Counted from the stretch's first letter, positions 40,815 to 50,724 are shown. The stretch: DNA of 64,000 nt from an uncultured Chloroflexia bacterium (GCA_963797095.1 CAWCNY010000006.1:736001-800000); one strand, 5' to 3'. Notes: generated from the sequence alone by a model not told the origin. A program made the numbers and translations.

Positions 40815-40980
40815 GGCGTAGTCTCCTGTCCGGTACCATTATTCCCCACTACACGGCAAGGTCCCCGCAAGGGCAGTGCGAGTGCGAAGTTACGGGTACC
40901 CTTTGAGGGCAATCCTATCACATAAAGGCATCGTTTGCAGAGGCATCCTGGTGTGTGCGCGCCTCATCGCTACCCACCCA

Positions 40981-41259
40981 AGTCCCGAAAGGACGTAAGA
41001 GAGTAGCCCAGGGCGTAAGCCATGTAACTCAAATGCCACCCAAGCCAAGTCCCATAGGGACGATAGAACATAGCCCAGGGCTTACGCCCTGTGGTAAGCC
41101 CAAGATAATGCCCTAGCCCCGTAGGGGCGTAAGAACAAGCGCTCAGGTCTGTATGATGCAATGATGCAACCCTTTACGTCCCTACGGGACTACCTACCTG
41201 GGTGGCGTGCGATTCACACTCTTACGCCCTGGGCTACTCTCTGCCGTCCCTCCGGGACT
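40981..41259. repeat. REPIN/MITE-like cluster bounded by 39-nt inverted repeats
   Basis: AGTCCCGAAAGGACGTAAGAGAGTAGCCCAGGGCGTAAG at 40981 and its near reverse complement at 41221-41259; three more full or partial units inside. Confidence 0.85.
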
Positions 41260-41432
41260 ACTGCTTAGATGGCAATGGAGCGCTGTCCTTTGCGCGTGCA
41301 CAGCCCCTATAGTAAAATGTAACCCAGCCAGGCCGAGCGCATAGCCCTTCACCTATCCTATACGCGCAGATGCTTGCCGTTATTACCGGATAGACCCGGT
41401 ATCGAAGATCCTCAATAATCTGGGGGTGGCCC

Positions 41433-44171
41433 ATGTCCGAAATCGAGGTCAAAAAGATCAAGGTGCTCACAGGCCCCAACATCTGGGCTTACAGGCCGGT
41501 GTTGGAGGTGCTCGCCCAGATCGGCAAGTACGAGGAACTCCCTTCCAATAAGATCGACGGCTTCACCGACCGCCTGGTGGCCCTCATCCCCACTCTCTGG
41601 GAGCATCGCTGTTCCGAGGGGAGGCCCGGCGGCTTCCTTGAGCGCCTCCGCGTCGGCACCTACATGGGCCACATCATCGAGCACATAATCCTTGAGCTAC
41701 AATCGCTGGCCGGGCTGGATGTGGGTTTCGGGCGCACCAGGGGCACCGAGCGCTACGGCGAGTATCGTATCGTGGTCGATTACAAAGACGAAGAATCGGG
41801 CAAGATGTGCGTCTACCTCGCCGTCGAGCTAGCCGCGAAACTGGCCGAAAGCATCCCTATCGATTTCAACCTCGCTGACAAGATCGCCGAGATCCGCGAA
41901 GTCTCCGAGGATAACGTGCTCGGCCCATCCACCCAGGCCATAGTAGATGCTGCCCGGCGTCGGCGCATCCCCTGGTTCCGCCTCAGCACAGGCTCGCTTG
42001 TGCAATTGGGCATGGGCAAGCTGGCCCGACGGATCCAGGCCAGTGAGACCTCCAACACCTCCAACATCGGGGTCGAAATCGCCTCCGACAAAGACCTCAC
42101 CAAAGAGCTACTCGACAAGGTGGGCGTACCCGTGCCCCACGGCTCGGTAGTGCGCAGCGCCGACGAAGCATGGGACGTTGCCCAGGACCTGGGGAGGCCC
42201 GTCGTGCTCAAGCCCTACGACGGCAACCAGGGCAAGGCAGTGAGCGTCAACCTCACCACAGAGGAGCAGGTACGCACAGCTTTCAACCTCGCCGGCGAGT
42301 TTTCGCGCAGAGTGATCGTAGAGCAGTATCTGCCCGGGAAGGATTTCCGCCTCCTCGTAGTCGGCGGCAAATTGGTGGCTGCAGCCGAGCGCAAGCCCGC
42401 GCAGGTGGTGGCCGATGGACAGCACGACATAAATAATCTCGTCCGGATGCTGAACGAAGACCCCCGCAGGGGAGCGGGCCACGGCTCTGTCCTCACCCGC
42501 ATCAGAATGGACGCCGCAGCCGAGCTAACCCTCAGCAAGCAAGGCTACACCTGGGAATCGGTGCCCTCCGCCGGTACGGTCGTCTTCCTGCGCGACAATT
42601 CCAACCTCTCCACCGGCGGCACCGCCACCGACGTTACCGACCTCGTACACCACGACAATGCCGCCATCGCGGTGCTCGCCGCCCAGACCATCGGCCTGGA
42701 TGTGGCTGGTGTCGACGTGGTTTGCGAGAATATCAAGCGCCCCCTTGCCGAGCAGGGCGGTGGCATTGTTGAGGTCAATGCGGCCCCCGGCTTGCGCATG
42801 CACGTCTACCCCTCCGAGGGAAAGTCGCGCCCTGTGGGCGACGCCATAATCGACCTCCTCTTCCCAGACAAAACTGATGCTCGCATCCCGATCATCGCGG
42901 TTACGGGCACCAACGGCAAGACCACCACCACCCGCATGATCGCCCACATCTACTCGACCATGAAGAACTACGTAGGCATGACCACCACCGACGGCATCTA
43001 CTTCGACGGCATCAGGCGTGTGAAAGGCGACTGCGCCGGGCCCCGTTCAGCCGAGGCTGTGCTCCAACACCCGATGGTGGAGGTGGCCGTTCTGGAAACC
43101 GCCAGAGGTGGTATCCTCCGCTCAGGTCTAGCATTCGACAAATGCACAGTGGGCGTGGTGCTCAACGTGGCCGCCGACCACCTCGGCCTCGAAGGGATCG
43201 AGACCCCCGAACGGCTGGCCCGCGTCAAGCGCGTGGTGATCGAGAGCGTTTCCGACAAGGGCTACGGCGTGCTCAACGCCGATGACCCCCTTACGGTCGA
43301 TATGGCCGAGGACTGCACAGGTGAGGTCATCTTCTTCGGAATGAACCGCTCCTCGCGCCCCCTGGCTCTCCATCTCGCGGGTGGCGGCAGGGCGGCCTTC
43401 TACCGCAACGGCGATCTGGTCCTCGCCGAAGGCTCCCATGAGGATGTGCTGGTGCGAGCCGCCGACATCCCCGCGACCTACAACGACCTCATCCCCTTTC
43501 AGGTCAGCAACGCCCTCGCAGCAGCTGCCGCGTGCTGGGGCGCGGGGGTGCCCCTCGACGCCATCAGCCTGGGCCTTCGCACCTTCCAGACCGACGAGAA
43601 CAGTGCCCCCGGCAGGTTCAACATGTTCCCCTACGGGCAGGCAACAGTGATCGTGGACTACGGCCACAACCCCCACGCTATGCGCGCCATCCAGACCGCC
43701 CTCTCAGCCATGAAGCCCAAGCGCAAAATAGGCGTGATCGCCGCCCCCGGCGACCGCCGCGATGTCGATATCCAGGAGTTTGCGGTGGTGGCCGCCAACA
43801 CATTCGACCGCATCATCGTGCGCGAGGATTACGCTCTGCGGGGTCGCGACCGGGGCGAAATCGCCAACCTGATAGCCGAAACCATCCAGAGGACCAGGCC
43901 TTCACTTCCTTTGACCGTAATACTCGATGAGCACGAAGCGGTTCAAGAGGCCCTGGGCATGGCCCGCCCAGGTGACACGCTCGTACTCTTAATAGACAGC
44001 GTGGACGACGTGATAGAGCAGGTGAAGCAGGCGGGCAAAGCGGTCGAGATGGAGGAGAGCGAAGCCCTGTGGTGCCCTGTCCCCGAACTGCCCTCCACCA
44101 ACGGCCAGCGCCCCAAAGCCCTGGTAGCCGAAGGCGCGATCCACGACGGAGAGCCTGATGGACACAGCTAG
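41433..44171 (+). CDS. cphA: cyanophycin synthetase
   Basis: GPNIW, EHRCSEGRPGGF, LGPSTQAIV, ATP-grasp KPYDGNQG, EVNAAPGLRMH, Mur-like TGTNGKTT, DYGHN. Confidence 0.95.
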   Translation: MSEIEVKKIKVLTGPNIWAYRPVLEVLAQIGKYEELPSNKIDGFTDRLVALIPTLWEHRCSEGRPGGFLERLRVGTYMGHIIEHIILELQSLAGLDVGFGRTRGTERYGEYRIVVDYKDEESGKMCVYLAVELAAKLAESIPIDFNLADKIAEIREVSEDNVLGPSTQAIVDAARRRRIPWFRLSTGSLVQLGMGKLARRIQASETSNTSNIGVEIASDKDLTKELLDKVGVPVPHGSVVRSADEAWDVAQDLGRPVVLKPYDGNQGKAVSVNLTTEEQVRTAFNLAGEFSRRVIVEQYLPGKDFRLLVVGGKLVAAAERKPAQVVADGQHDINNLVRMLNEDPRRGAGHGSVLTRIRMDAAAELTLSKQGYTWESVPSAGTVVFLRDNSNLSTGGTATDVTDLVHHDNAAIAVLAAQTIGLDVAGVDVVCENIKRPLAEQGGGIVEVNAAPGLRMHVYPSEGKSRPVGDAIIDLLFPDKTDARIPIIAVTGTNGKTTTTRMIAHIYSTMKNYVGMTTTDGIYFDGIRRVKGDCAGPRSAEAVLQHPMVEVAVLETARGGILRSGLAFDKCTVGVVLNVAADHLGLEGIETPERLARVKRVVIESVSDKGYGVLNADDPLTVDMAEDCTGEVIFFGMNRSSRPLALHLAGGGRAAFYRNGDLVLAEGSHEDVLVRAADIPATYNDLIPFQVSNALAAAAACWGAGVPLDAISLGLRTFQTDENSAPGRFNMFPYGQATVIVDYGHNPHAMRAIQTALSAMKPKRKIGVIAAPGDRRDVDIQEFAVVAANTFDRIIVREDYALRGRDRGEIANLIAETIQRTRPSLPLTVILDEHEAVQEALGMARPGDTLVLLIDSVDDVIEQVKQAGKAVEMEESEALWCPVPELPSTNGQRPKALVAEGAIHDGEPDGHS

Positions 44172-44201
44172 TAGTTGGTAGTCAGAATTAGGAGCACTCG
44201 T

Positions 44202-44243
44202 CCGACTACCGACTACCGACTACCGACTACCGACTACCGACTA
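44202..44243. repeat. (CCGACTA)6 heptamer repeat with a short complementary arm at 44171-44184
   Basis: six exact copies; upstream gtagttg gtagtca. Confidence 0.92.
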
Positions 44244-44255
44244 CCAGAGAAAACC

Positions 44256-45215
44256 TTGTCACAAGATAACGGAAACACACCACACATACGATTGAAAGCC
44301 ACCCAGGATGGGCAACTGGCGGATGCCCCCTGGCGCACTCCAGGCTACCTCATGATCATCGGCGGGGCCGACAAACTCGATCCTGAGGCCCGCCTTGCCC
44401 GCCTTTTCCTGCAACTGGTTGACCGCGCCGAAGCCCACACCAGCCTGCGCGACATCATACTGATCAGCACCGCCACCCGCCACCCCGAAATCCTCACAGG
44501 CGACTACATCAATATCTACACCCGCATAGGCGTGCCCCGCTCCCGCATCCAAACTCCCCTCATTCGCAACCGCGACGAGGCAATGGATGTTCACAACGCC
44601 GACCTCGTTCGCAATGCGGCGGGCATCTTCATAACAGGCGGCGACCAGTACGCGCTCACCCAGGCCCTCGATCGCACCCCCGTAGAGGAAGCTATCCGCG
44701 ATGCCTACGGCAAAGGCGCTATCGTCGCGGGCACCAGCGCGGGAGCGACCGCCATGGGCAGGCCGATGATCGTAGCGGGCGGCAGCAGCGGTGAGCTTCG
44801 CAAGGGCATGGTGCAACTCTCTCACGGCCTCGCCTGGGCGGGCGACGACCTGATCCTCGATACCCATTTTGGGGCACGTGGCCGCTTCCCGCGTCTTGCC
44901 TCCGTGGTGGCCGAGCATCCCCACGCCCTTGGCGTCGGCATCGACGAGAATACCTGCTTGCTGGTTGATCACGAAGGCCGTGCCCTCGTGATCGGCGCTG
45001 GCGTAGCCTATTTCGTGGACGCTTCGCACGCCGCTATGAATACTGCACAGCGCGTGCGCACAGGCCAGCCGGTCTCTATCGGCGCTCTCAGCGTACACAT
45101 CCTCGCATCGGGACAGGAGTACGATTTGCACTCCCGCCAACTCCTCTCCCACATTCCCGCGACCGCCCACCCCGGCGCTACAGCCGCCATCACAGCCCCC
45201 AACAAGAACGCATAG
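44256..45215 (+). CDS. cphB: cyanophycinase
   Basis: IIGGAD, ITGGDQ, GTSAGA, DTHF..RGRFPRL, GIDENT; start uncertain (44175 or 44256). Confidence 0.9.
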   Translation: MSQDNGNTPHIRLKATQDGQLADAPWRTPGYLMIIGGADKLDPEARLARLFLQLVDRAEAHTSLRDIILISTATRHPEILTGDYINIYTRIGVPRSRIQTPLIRNRDEAMDVHNADLVRNAAGIFITGGDQYALTQALDRTPVEEAIRDAYGKGAIVAGTSAGATAMGRPMIVAGGSSGELRKGMVQLSHGLAWAGDDLILDTHFGARGRFPRLASVVAEHPHALGVGIDENTCLLVDHEGRALVIGAGVAYFVDASHAAMNTAQRVRTGQPVSIGALSVHILASGQEYDLHSRQLLSHIPATAHPGATAAITAPNKNA

Positions 45216-45444
45216 CGAGCAGTCTTCAAATTCACACTGGCTGGGCGAAGGCTTCAGCTATTTCAGGTTCTAGTCTCCCTTATATCCCACCTGTATATCC
45301 CAATTGTATATCTCGTTGTATACGGGGCACCTCTTGTATGCGCATTGTGGTGCCTGTATACTGACTCCAGTGTGCGCCAGACAGGTTCGAGGAGATGGCC
45401 GCGCACCAACATCAAAATCCGACACTGGAGAAAGGAGTAAAACC

Positions 45445-46674
45445 ATGAGAAAAGGACGCTTCTTGATGGCCCTGAGCGTTGGCATCCTTGCACTCGGTAT
45501 GATGCCCGCAAGCATCGGCCTCGCCGCCGATTTGGGCACTGTAGTTGCCACCGGTCTCAACGGGCCGCGCGGCCTCAGCATGGGGTCTGATGGCAACCTG
45601 TACGTGGCCGAGGCAGGCACCGGCGGCGACCAGACAGTCACATTTGGCGAAGAAACCGGCAAGGTGGGCAACACCGGCCAGATCACCAGGATCGCTCCCG
45701 ACGGCACCAAGACCGCTGTAGTCACGGGCATGCTCTCCCTCGTATCAGAAGAGGGCGAGGCAATAGGTCCACAGGGCGTGATCTACGCGAATGGCACGCT
45801 CTGGATAACAGGCGCCTACATAGGTGACGCTGGCCCCGCGTTCGGCCTGATGAAGGCCGATCCTGCTACGGGCGTAGTGACCCCGGTAGCTGACCTCAGC
45901 GCCTACGAAGCAGCCAACAACCCCGATGGTTTTATCGTAGATTTCGATCCCTACGGGCTGGCTCTCGGCACCGACGGCATGATCTATGTCGCGGATGCCG
46001 CCGCTAATGACCTGCTTAAAGTAGATCCCGCCAGTGGCGAAGTGAGCCTGGTTACCGTCTTTGCAGGTATCCCCCTCCCCGACGTTCCCGATACAGCCAA
46101 CCCTGACCGTGGCGGCGCGCACGAAGCCGACCCTGTTCCCACAGGCGTTTCAATTGCCGAGGACGGCCACATCTTCGTGGGCCTCCTCACCGGCTTCCCT
46201 TTCCTCGAAGGCACTGCTAAGGTCGAGCACGTTACCCAGGATGGCACCATCAGCGATGCGGTTATCGGCCTCACGATGGTCACCGACGTGGCAGTAGGTC
46301 CAGGCGACGTTATATATGCAAGCGAGTTCGATAGATTCGACCTCTCAACCACTCCTCCAGGCTTCGTTGACAACAGCGGGCGCGTGGTGCGCAATATGCC
46401 TGACGGCACGACCGATGTTATCGCTGATGGGCTGAACCAGGCCAACGGCATAGCTCTCGATGCGAGCGGCGACAACATCTATGTGGTCATCAACAGCGAC
46501 GCGCCCGCAGGAACGGGCCAGGTCCTCAAGTTCAGCACAGCCGGCGCGCCCACTACGATAGGCATGCCGGTCACAGGCGTTCCTTCATTCCCGTTTGAGG
46601 CTTTCCTCGCGGCGCTCCTGCTGGTAGTGACCGGCGCGGTCCTGCGCACATTGCAGACCCGCCACTCCAGGTAA
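45445..46674 (+). CDS. ScyD/ScyE-like secreted beta-propeller with MPVTG sorting tail
   Basis: GLNGPRGL..LYVAEAG, YEAANNPDG, VADAAANDLL, LTGFPF; MPVTG-TM-basic tail. Confidence 0.85.
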   Translation: MRKGRFLMALSVGILALGMMPASIGLAADLGTVVATGLNGPRGLSMGSDGNLYVAEAGTGGDQTVTFGEETGKVGNTGQITRIAPDGTKTAVVTGMLSLVSEEGEAIGPQGVIYANGTLWITGAYIGDAGPAFGLMKADPATGVVTPVADLSAYEAANNPDGFIVDFDPYGLALGTDGMIYVADAAANDLLKVDPASGEVSLVTVFAGIPLPDVPDTANPDRGGAHEADPVPTGVSIAEDGHIFVGLLTGFPFLEGTAKVEHVTQDGTISDAVIGLTMVTDVAVGPGDVIYASEFDRFDLSTTPPGFVDNSGRVVRNMPDGTTDVIADGLNQANGIALDASGDNIYVVINSDAPAGTGQVLKFSTAGAPTTIGMPVTGVPSFPFEAFLAALLLVVTGAVLRTLQTRHSR

Positions 46675-46684
46675 ATCCCTCTCC

Positions 46685-46735
46685 TTCTGAAAAAGCCAAA
46701 ATGGCGGCCCAGCCGCCATTTTGGCTTTTTCACAA
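46685..46735. repeat. 24-bp palindrome with CCA loop (family of 18108); may act as terminator
   Basis: TTCTGAAAAAGCCAAAATGGCGGC-CCA-GCCGCCATTTTGGCTTTTTCACAA. Confidence 0.88.
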
Positions 46736-46748
46736 TCCTTTTCTAATC

Positions 46749-46777
46749 TTGCTCCCCTCCCATCAATCAAGTATAAT
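46749..46777 (+). promoter_or_regulatory. sigma70-type promoter of the tRNA
   Basis: TTGCTC-17 nt-TATAAT. Confidence 0.75.
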
Positions 46778-46795
46778 TATTAATACTCCACATGA

Positions 46796-46868
46796 GCGCC
46801 TGTAGCTCAGAGGATAGAGCAGAGGTTTCCTAAACCTTGTGTCGGGGGTTCGACTCCCTCCAGGCGCA
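46796..46868 (+). tRNA. tRNA-Arg (anticodon CCT), CCA not encoded
   Basis: GCGCCTG/CAGGCGC acceptor stem, TAGCTCAG D arm, GAGGT-TTCCTAA-ACCTT anticodon arm, GGTTCGACTC T loop. Confidence 0.95.
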
Positions 46869-46992
46869 CTGCACAGGACTGAGGTATGAGCACTGAGCAC
46901 TGAGTGGGCGCACCAACGTGGATACATATATTGATGCCCGCCTGCCGCTTGGCCTCTACCCCCGTCCTGATTTTATTTATGGAGGCATAGCG

Positions 46993-47649
46993 ATGACAAT
47001 GGACGTGACCATCAGGCCCAAGAACTTCAGACTTTCTGATTCCCAGGAGACCCAGATTCGCAAGCGGGTAGAGCGCCTGCCCCGTCACCTGGACAACCTC
47101 GAACAGGGCGAAGTTCTCCTCTCGATGGAGCCGACACACTACAATTCGCAACGGCACCAGTTCGTGGCTCAAATTACCCTTCGCACTCGCAACCACAATC
47201 TCATCAGGTCCGAAGTAACTCACGCCGACCTCCTTACCGCCGTTGACGACGCCATAAGCCGCGTTTCAAGGCAGATCGAGCGCTTCAAGGGGCGCTATTA
47301 TCAGAAGAAGAAGGGCAAGCTGGGTATAGGCAAGTCCTCTGCCGACCTCGTAACTCTGAACACCGTCCCGGCCAATTCAGGCCCGTCTCCCTCTACGGTA
47401 GATACCACCATACTCGCGAATGAAGACGTAAACCTCACCACCGGGCCTCTCTCTGATGAGGAGGTGGGTGATATCGTGCGTATCAAACACTTCGCGCTCA
47501 AGCCAATGTTCCCCGACGAGGCTATTGAGCAGATGGAATTGCTTGGGCATAGCTTCTACGTCTTCTATAACGCCGGCGAGGACAGCCTGAACGTGCTCTA
47601 CCGCCGCACCGATGGCAACTACGGCCTGCTACAGCCTGAGTTGAGCTAG
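46993..47649 (+). CDS. hpf: long ribosome hibernation promoting factor
   Basis: RQIERFKGR, KPMFPDEAIEQMELLGHSFYVF, YRRTDGNYGLL; RBS GGAGG. Confidence 0.93.
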   Translation: MTMDVTIRPKNFRLSDSQETQIRKRVERLPRHLDNLEQGEVLLSMEPTHYNSQRHQFVAQITLRTRNHNLIRSEVTHADLLTAVDDAISRVSRQIERFKGRYYQKKKGKLGIGKSSADLVTLNTVPANSGPSPSTVDTTILANEDVNLTTGPLSDEEVGDIVRIKHFALKPMFPDEAIEQMELLGHSFYVFYNAGEDSLNVLYRRTDGNYGLLQPELS

Positions 47650-47653
47650 CCTA

Positions 47654-48835
47654 ATGCACCCTACCCTTGTGGTATTCCAGGGTGGGGTTTGCGCCTCCGA
47701 CACTCCGCTGGAGCGACTGGTGGCCGAGGGGCAGAACGCCGCCGCGCTCGACCTGTTGGTCAACGCTGCGCAAGCTGGCGTATTCGACCGGGCCATCCTG
47801 GTCACCGAGGATCGCGATCTCGCTGGCGCTGCCGCGCGTCTCCCCCTGGCTGACCTCCCTCTCCACATAGAGCCTGCCGCAAAATCCGAAACCGCCGGGT
47901 TTCGCCTGGGTGAGAACCTTCTGCGAGTGTGCCGCGACTATAAACTGGAGCGCGTGGTCTATGTCGGGGGTGGCGCGATGCCTCTCGGCACACCGGAAGC
48001 GCTGGCCGACCTCGCCCTTTCGGTGAGCGGCGCAGGCGAGTGCGTCGTCTCCAACAACCTATTCTCAGCCGATCTGGCGGCGTTCTACCCTGCCTCCGCC
48101 CTTGAGCGCATCGCCCTTCCCAAAAGCGATAACGACCTGGCCTGGCTGCTACACTATCGCGCCGGGTTGCCCCACGCCCCCACCGTTAAAAGCCTTGCTA
48201 CCCACTTCGACATCGACACACCCACCGATCTCGTTACCCTCTGGTGTTCCACTTTGAGCGCTCCGCTCGACCGCTCTTCTGGTCCCCACCTTGCCGCCTT
48301 CCTGAAGCGAGTGCCCCAGGAATTGCCTGCGCTGGCCGCTGCCACGCAACGCGCCTACTCAGTGATGGCGACCCGGCGCGCCCAGGTCTTCGTGGCCGGG
48401 CGGGTCAGTAGCTGGACCTGGCGGCGCATGGAGATAAACCTCCCCTGCCAGACGCGCATTCTCTCAGAGGAACGCGGTATGAGTGCATCAGGTCGCGAGT
48501 TGCGAGGCGAATCGCGCTCGCTACTCGGCCTCTTCACCGCGCTGGCCGGTATCGGTGGGCTTATCGATGCGCTCCAAACCACCTCTGATGCCACCTTTCT
48601 CGACACGCGCATCTTATTCGCGCACATGGGCCTGAAACTAGCACGCCACGAGCGATTCGCTTCAGATGCCTTGATGCTTTCCCAAATGGCCGGGGGTTGG
48701 GCGCGTGACTTGACCGAGGCTGTACTTGCAGCGAACATTCCCGTGGTCCTGGGCGGCCACTCCCTCATCGCAGGCGGACTCTGGGCCTTATCCGAGCGTG
48801 TGCGTGGATCGGCCTCGTCCGCCGCAAGGTGCTAG
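47654..48835 (+). CDS. CofC/NTP-transferase-like fold protein of unknown function
   Basis: FDIDTPTDL motif, GGHSLIAGG C-terminus. Confidence 0.6.
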   Translation: MHPTLVVFQGGVCASDTPLERLVAEGQNAAALDLLVNAAQAGVFDRAILVTEDRDLAGAAARLPLADLPLHIEPAAKSETAGFRLGENLLRVCRDYKLERVVYVGGGAMPLGTPEALADLALSVSGAGECVVSNNLFSADLAAFYPASALERIALPKSDNDLAWLLHYRAGLPHAPTVKSLATHFDIDTPTDLVTLWCSTLSAPLDRSSGPHLAAFLKRVPQELPALAAATQRAYSVMATRRAQVFVAGRVSSWTWRRMEINLPCQTRILSEERGMSASGRELRGESRSLLGLFTALAGIGGLIDALQTTSDATFLDTRILFAHMGLKLARHERFASDALMLSQMAGGWARDLTEAVLAANIPVVLGGHSLIAGGLWALSERVRGSASSAARC

Positions 48836-49199
48836 CTTGCGGCCCCTCCACTTAGCGACCCGGCGCGCCAACATTCGTGACGCCAAGAGCGAAGTAGCCA
48901 GACCTCTGAATAGACCGTCTGAGCGACTTATACCGGTGCTTGTCAGCTTTGACGTACGAGTGGAGGCTAGACTTACAGATGTTGAGGGGCGAAAATATGA
49001 ATATGTTCGCCACCGATCTGCTCTTGAATGGAAACCTGGGCTTGGCCCGCCTACATAGGGACAGAGCTTCAAAACTCAGGTGAGGATAGAACGCACCCCT
49101 TGCTCGTGGGAGAGGACCTCGAGTGCTGTCTTGATAGGTAAAGGCACAGACAACCCGGGCATAGAGAGCGGCACAATTCCTCTGCGAACCCGCTACGTA

Positions 49200-50528
49200 T
49201 TAACTGTCCGGAGCGACCCAGCCCTCTATCCATTGGGCGATATCCTTCACAACTTCGGGTGCTACGTGCCCAGGCACGTTGTAGTCCTCCGGTTTACCTT
49301 CGCCCGGCATAAAGGTGTGGATGAGACCCGGGTAGAGCTTGAATGTGACGTCAGGCCGCTCTATAAGCTCGGCTTTCCATCCTCGATAGTCCACCATGGT
49401 CACCTGGTAATCTCGCTCGGCTTGCAGCACCAGCATTGGCATGTGCAGTCGCCGGGCTGTCTCAGGTGGGTTATATCCTCGTAAGTCGAGCCAGTAAGAG
49501 GCCGGAATGCCTAGCAATTGGTCGGAAGGCGTGCTGAGCGAGAGGGCGGGGTCTTTGACGTGAGCGATCTGCTCCCGCAGAGTATCCAACTGTCTCTGCT
49601 GATCCTCTGAGACAGATCCGGATAACGAGAAGAGATAGGTGAACTGGTCGAGCATCGTATCCTCGAACGGACGGGTGAGCCCCGCCATGATTACCAACCC
49701 CGCGATCTGAGGGTCGGCCTCACCGATGCGAGGAGCTAGCATGGCGCCCAGACTGTGGCCCAGCACGAAGATGCGGGCAGGATCAATAGCGGGTGTGGCG
49801 CGCAGCAGGGCAACCGCTGCCAACGCATCGTCTGTCACCTCTTCGCGTATGGTGTAATGCGGTAGGGCGAGAAACTGGTTGGGATACACCTTGGTGCGCT
49901 TATCATAACGAAGAACCGCAATGTCCCTGGAAGCCAGGCCCCAAGCCAGGTCGCGGAAAGGCTTGAGGGGACCGATGGTCTCGTCGCGATCCTGCGGGCC
50001 GGAGCCCTGTACAAGCACCACTGCAGGGAACAGCCCTTGCCCCTCCGGTATGGTTAGCGTGCTCGGCAGCACCCATTCGCCCGAGCCCACCTGCGCTTCG
50101 TGCTCGTGGAACGATCCGGGCTGCACATAAGAGGGTGCCTCGTATGTCCCGGGCGTGAGCAGGCTCTCATCTGGGTGGGCCTCTAACCAGACGACCTGCC
50201 CTGCGTCGTCGAAGATAATTTGGAATGTGACATTCCCGCGCTCGAAAACGGCCATCGTTATGACCGTCTCGTATTGCAGGAGTTTGGCCTGCTTGGAGCT
50301 TTCTATGCGCTGGAACGCGCCTGCCTGGGCAGTCAGGCCAGCCCACGTCTGGGCGAGTTTGTCTGGCGGGAGTTGTTCTCGCAGGCCCTCAGCAAATGGG
50401 TGGGTGGCAGACTTAAAGTCGCCTGCAGAGGTCTGTATGATGATCCCTTCGGCTACTTCGACCAGAGTTGATCGGCGACCCGGCTCCTGGGGTGTCGGCG
50501 AGGTCTGTTTGTTATCAGAAGCGGACAT
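49200..50528 (-). CDS. alpha/beta hydrolase with N-terminal DUF3887-like domain
   Basis: GSGPQDRDE, LRYDKR, GHSLG, DYQV, YPGLIH. Confidence 0.88.
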   Translation of the reverse strand: MSASDNKQTSPTPQEPGRRSTLVEVAEGIIIQTSAGDFKSATHPFAEGLREQLPPDKLAQTWAGLTAQAGAFQRIESSKQAKLLQYETVITMAVFERGNVTFQIIFDDAGQVVWLEAHPDESLLTPGTYEAPSYVQPGSFHEHEAQVGSGEWVLPSTLTIPEGQGLFPAVVLVQGSGPQDRDETIGPLKPFRDLAWGLASRDIAVLRYDKRTKVYPNQFLALPHYTIREEVTDDALAAVALLRATPAIDPARIFVLGHSLGAMLAPRIGEADPQIAGLVIMAGLTRPFEDTMLDQFTYLFSLSGSVSEDQQRQLDTLREQIAHVKDPALSLSTPSDQLLGIPASYWLDLRGYNPPETARRLHMPMLVLQAERDYQVTMVDYRGWKAELIERPDVTFKLYPGLIHTFMPGEGKPEDYNVPGHVAPEVVKDIAQWIEGWVAPDS

Positions 50529-50724
50529 TATGCTTTCTCTCTTTCTGTCGGGCTATGCCTTCCTTGCGGCTGGATCATGTGGGTTAGGCGATGCCGCGCA
50601 GCATGGAACGTCAGAGCATCTCCCGATGCCTATCTCTCAATATAACACAGGGCACGCGCAGACCATAAACTTCACCCTCCCGACAGGTCTAGAAGCATCG
50701 CCTATAGATAAAGGCTCCCCCGAT

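Noticed and set aside
40981-41259. CRISPR array
   Set aside because: Units occur in both orientations, are irregularly spaced and degenerate; no cas genes in the window
46796-46868. tRNA used as an island or prophage attachment site
   Set aside because: No integrase and no repeated tRNA 3' fragment seen in the window
48836-49199. ncRNA or small gene in the convergent gap
   Set aside because: No recognisable fold, RBS-ORF pair or motif
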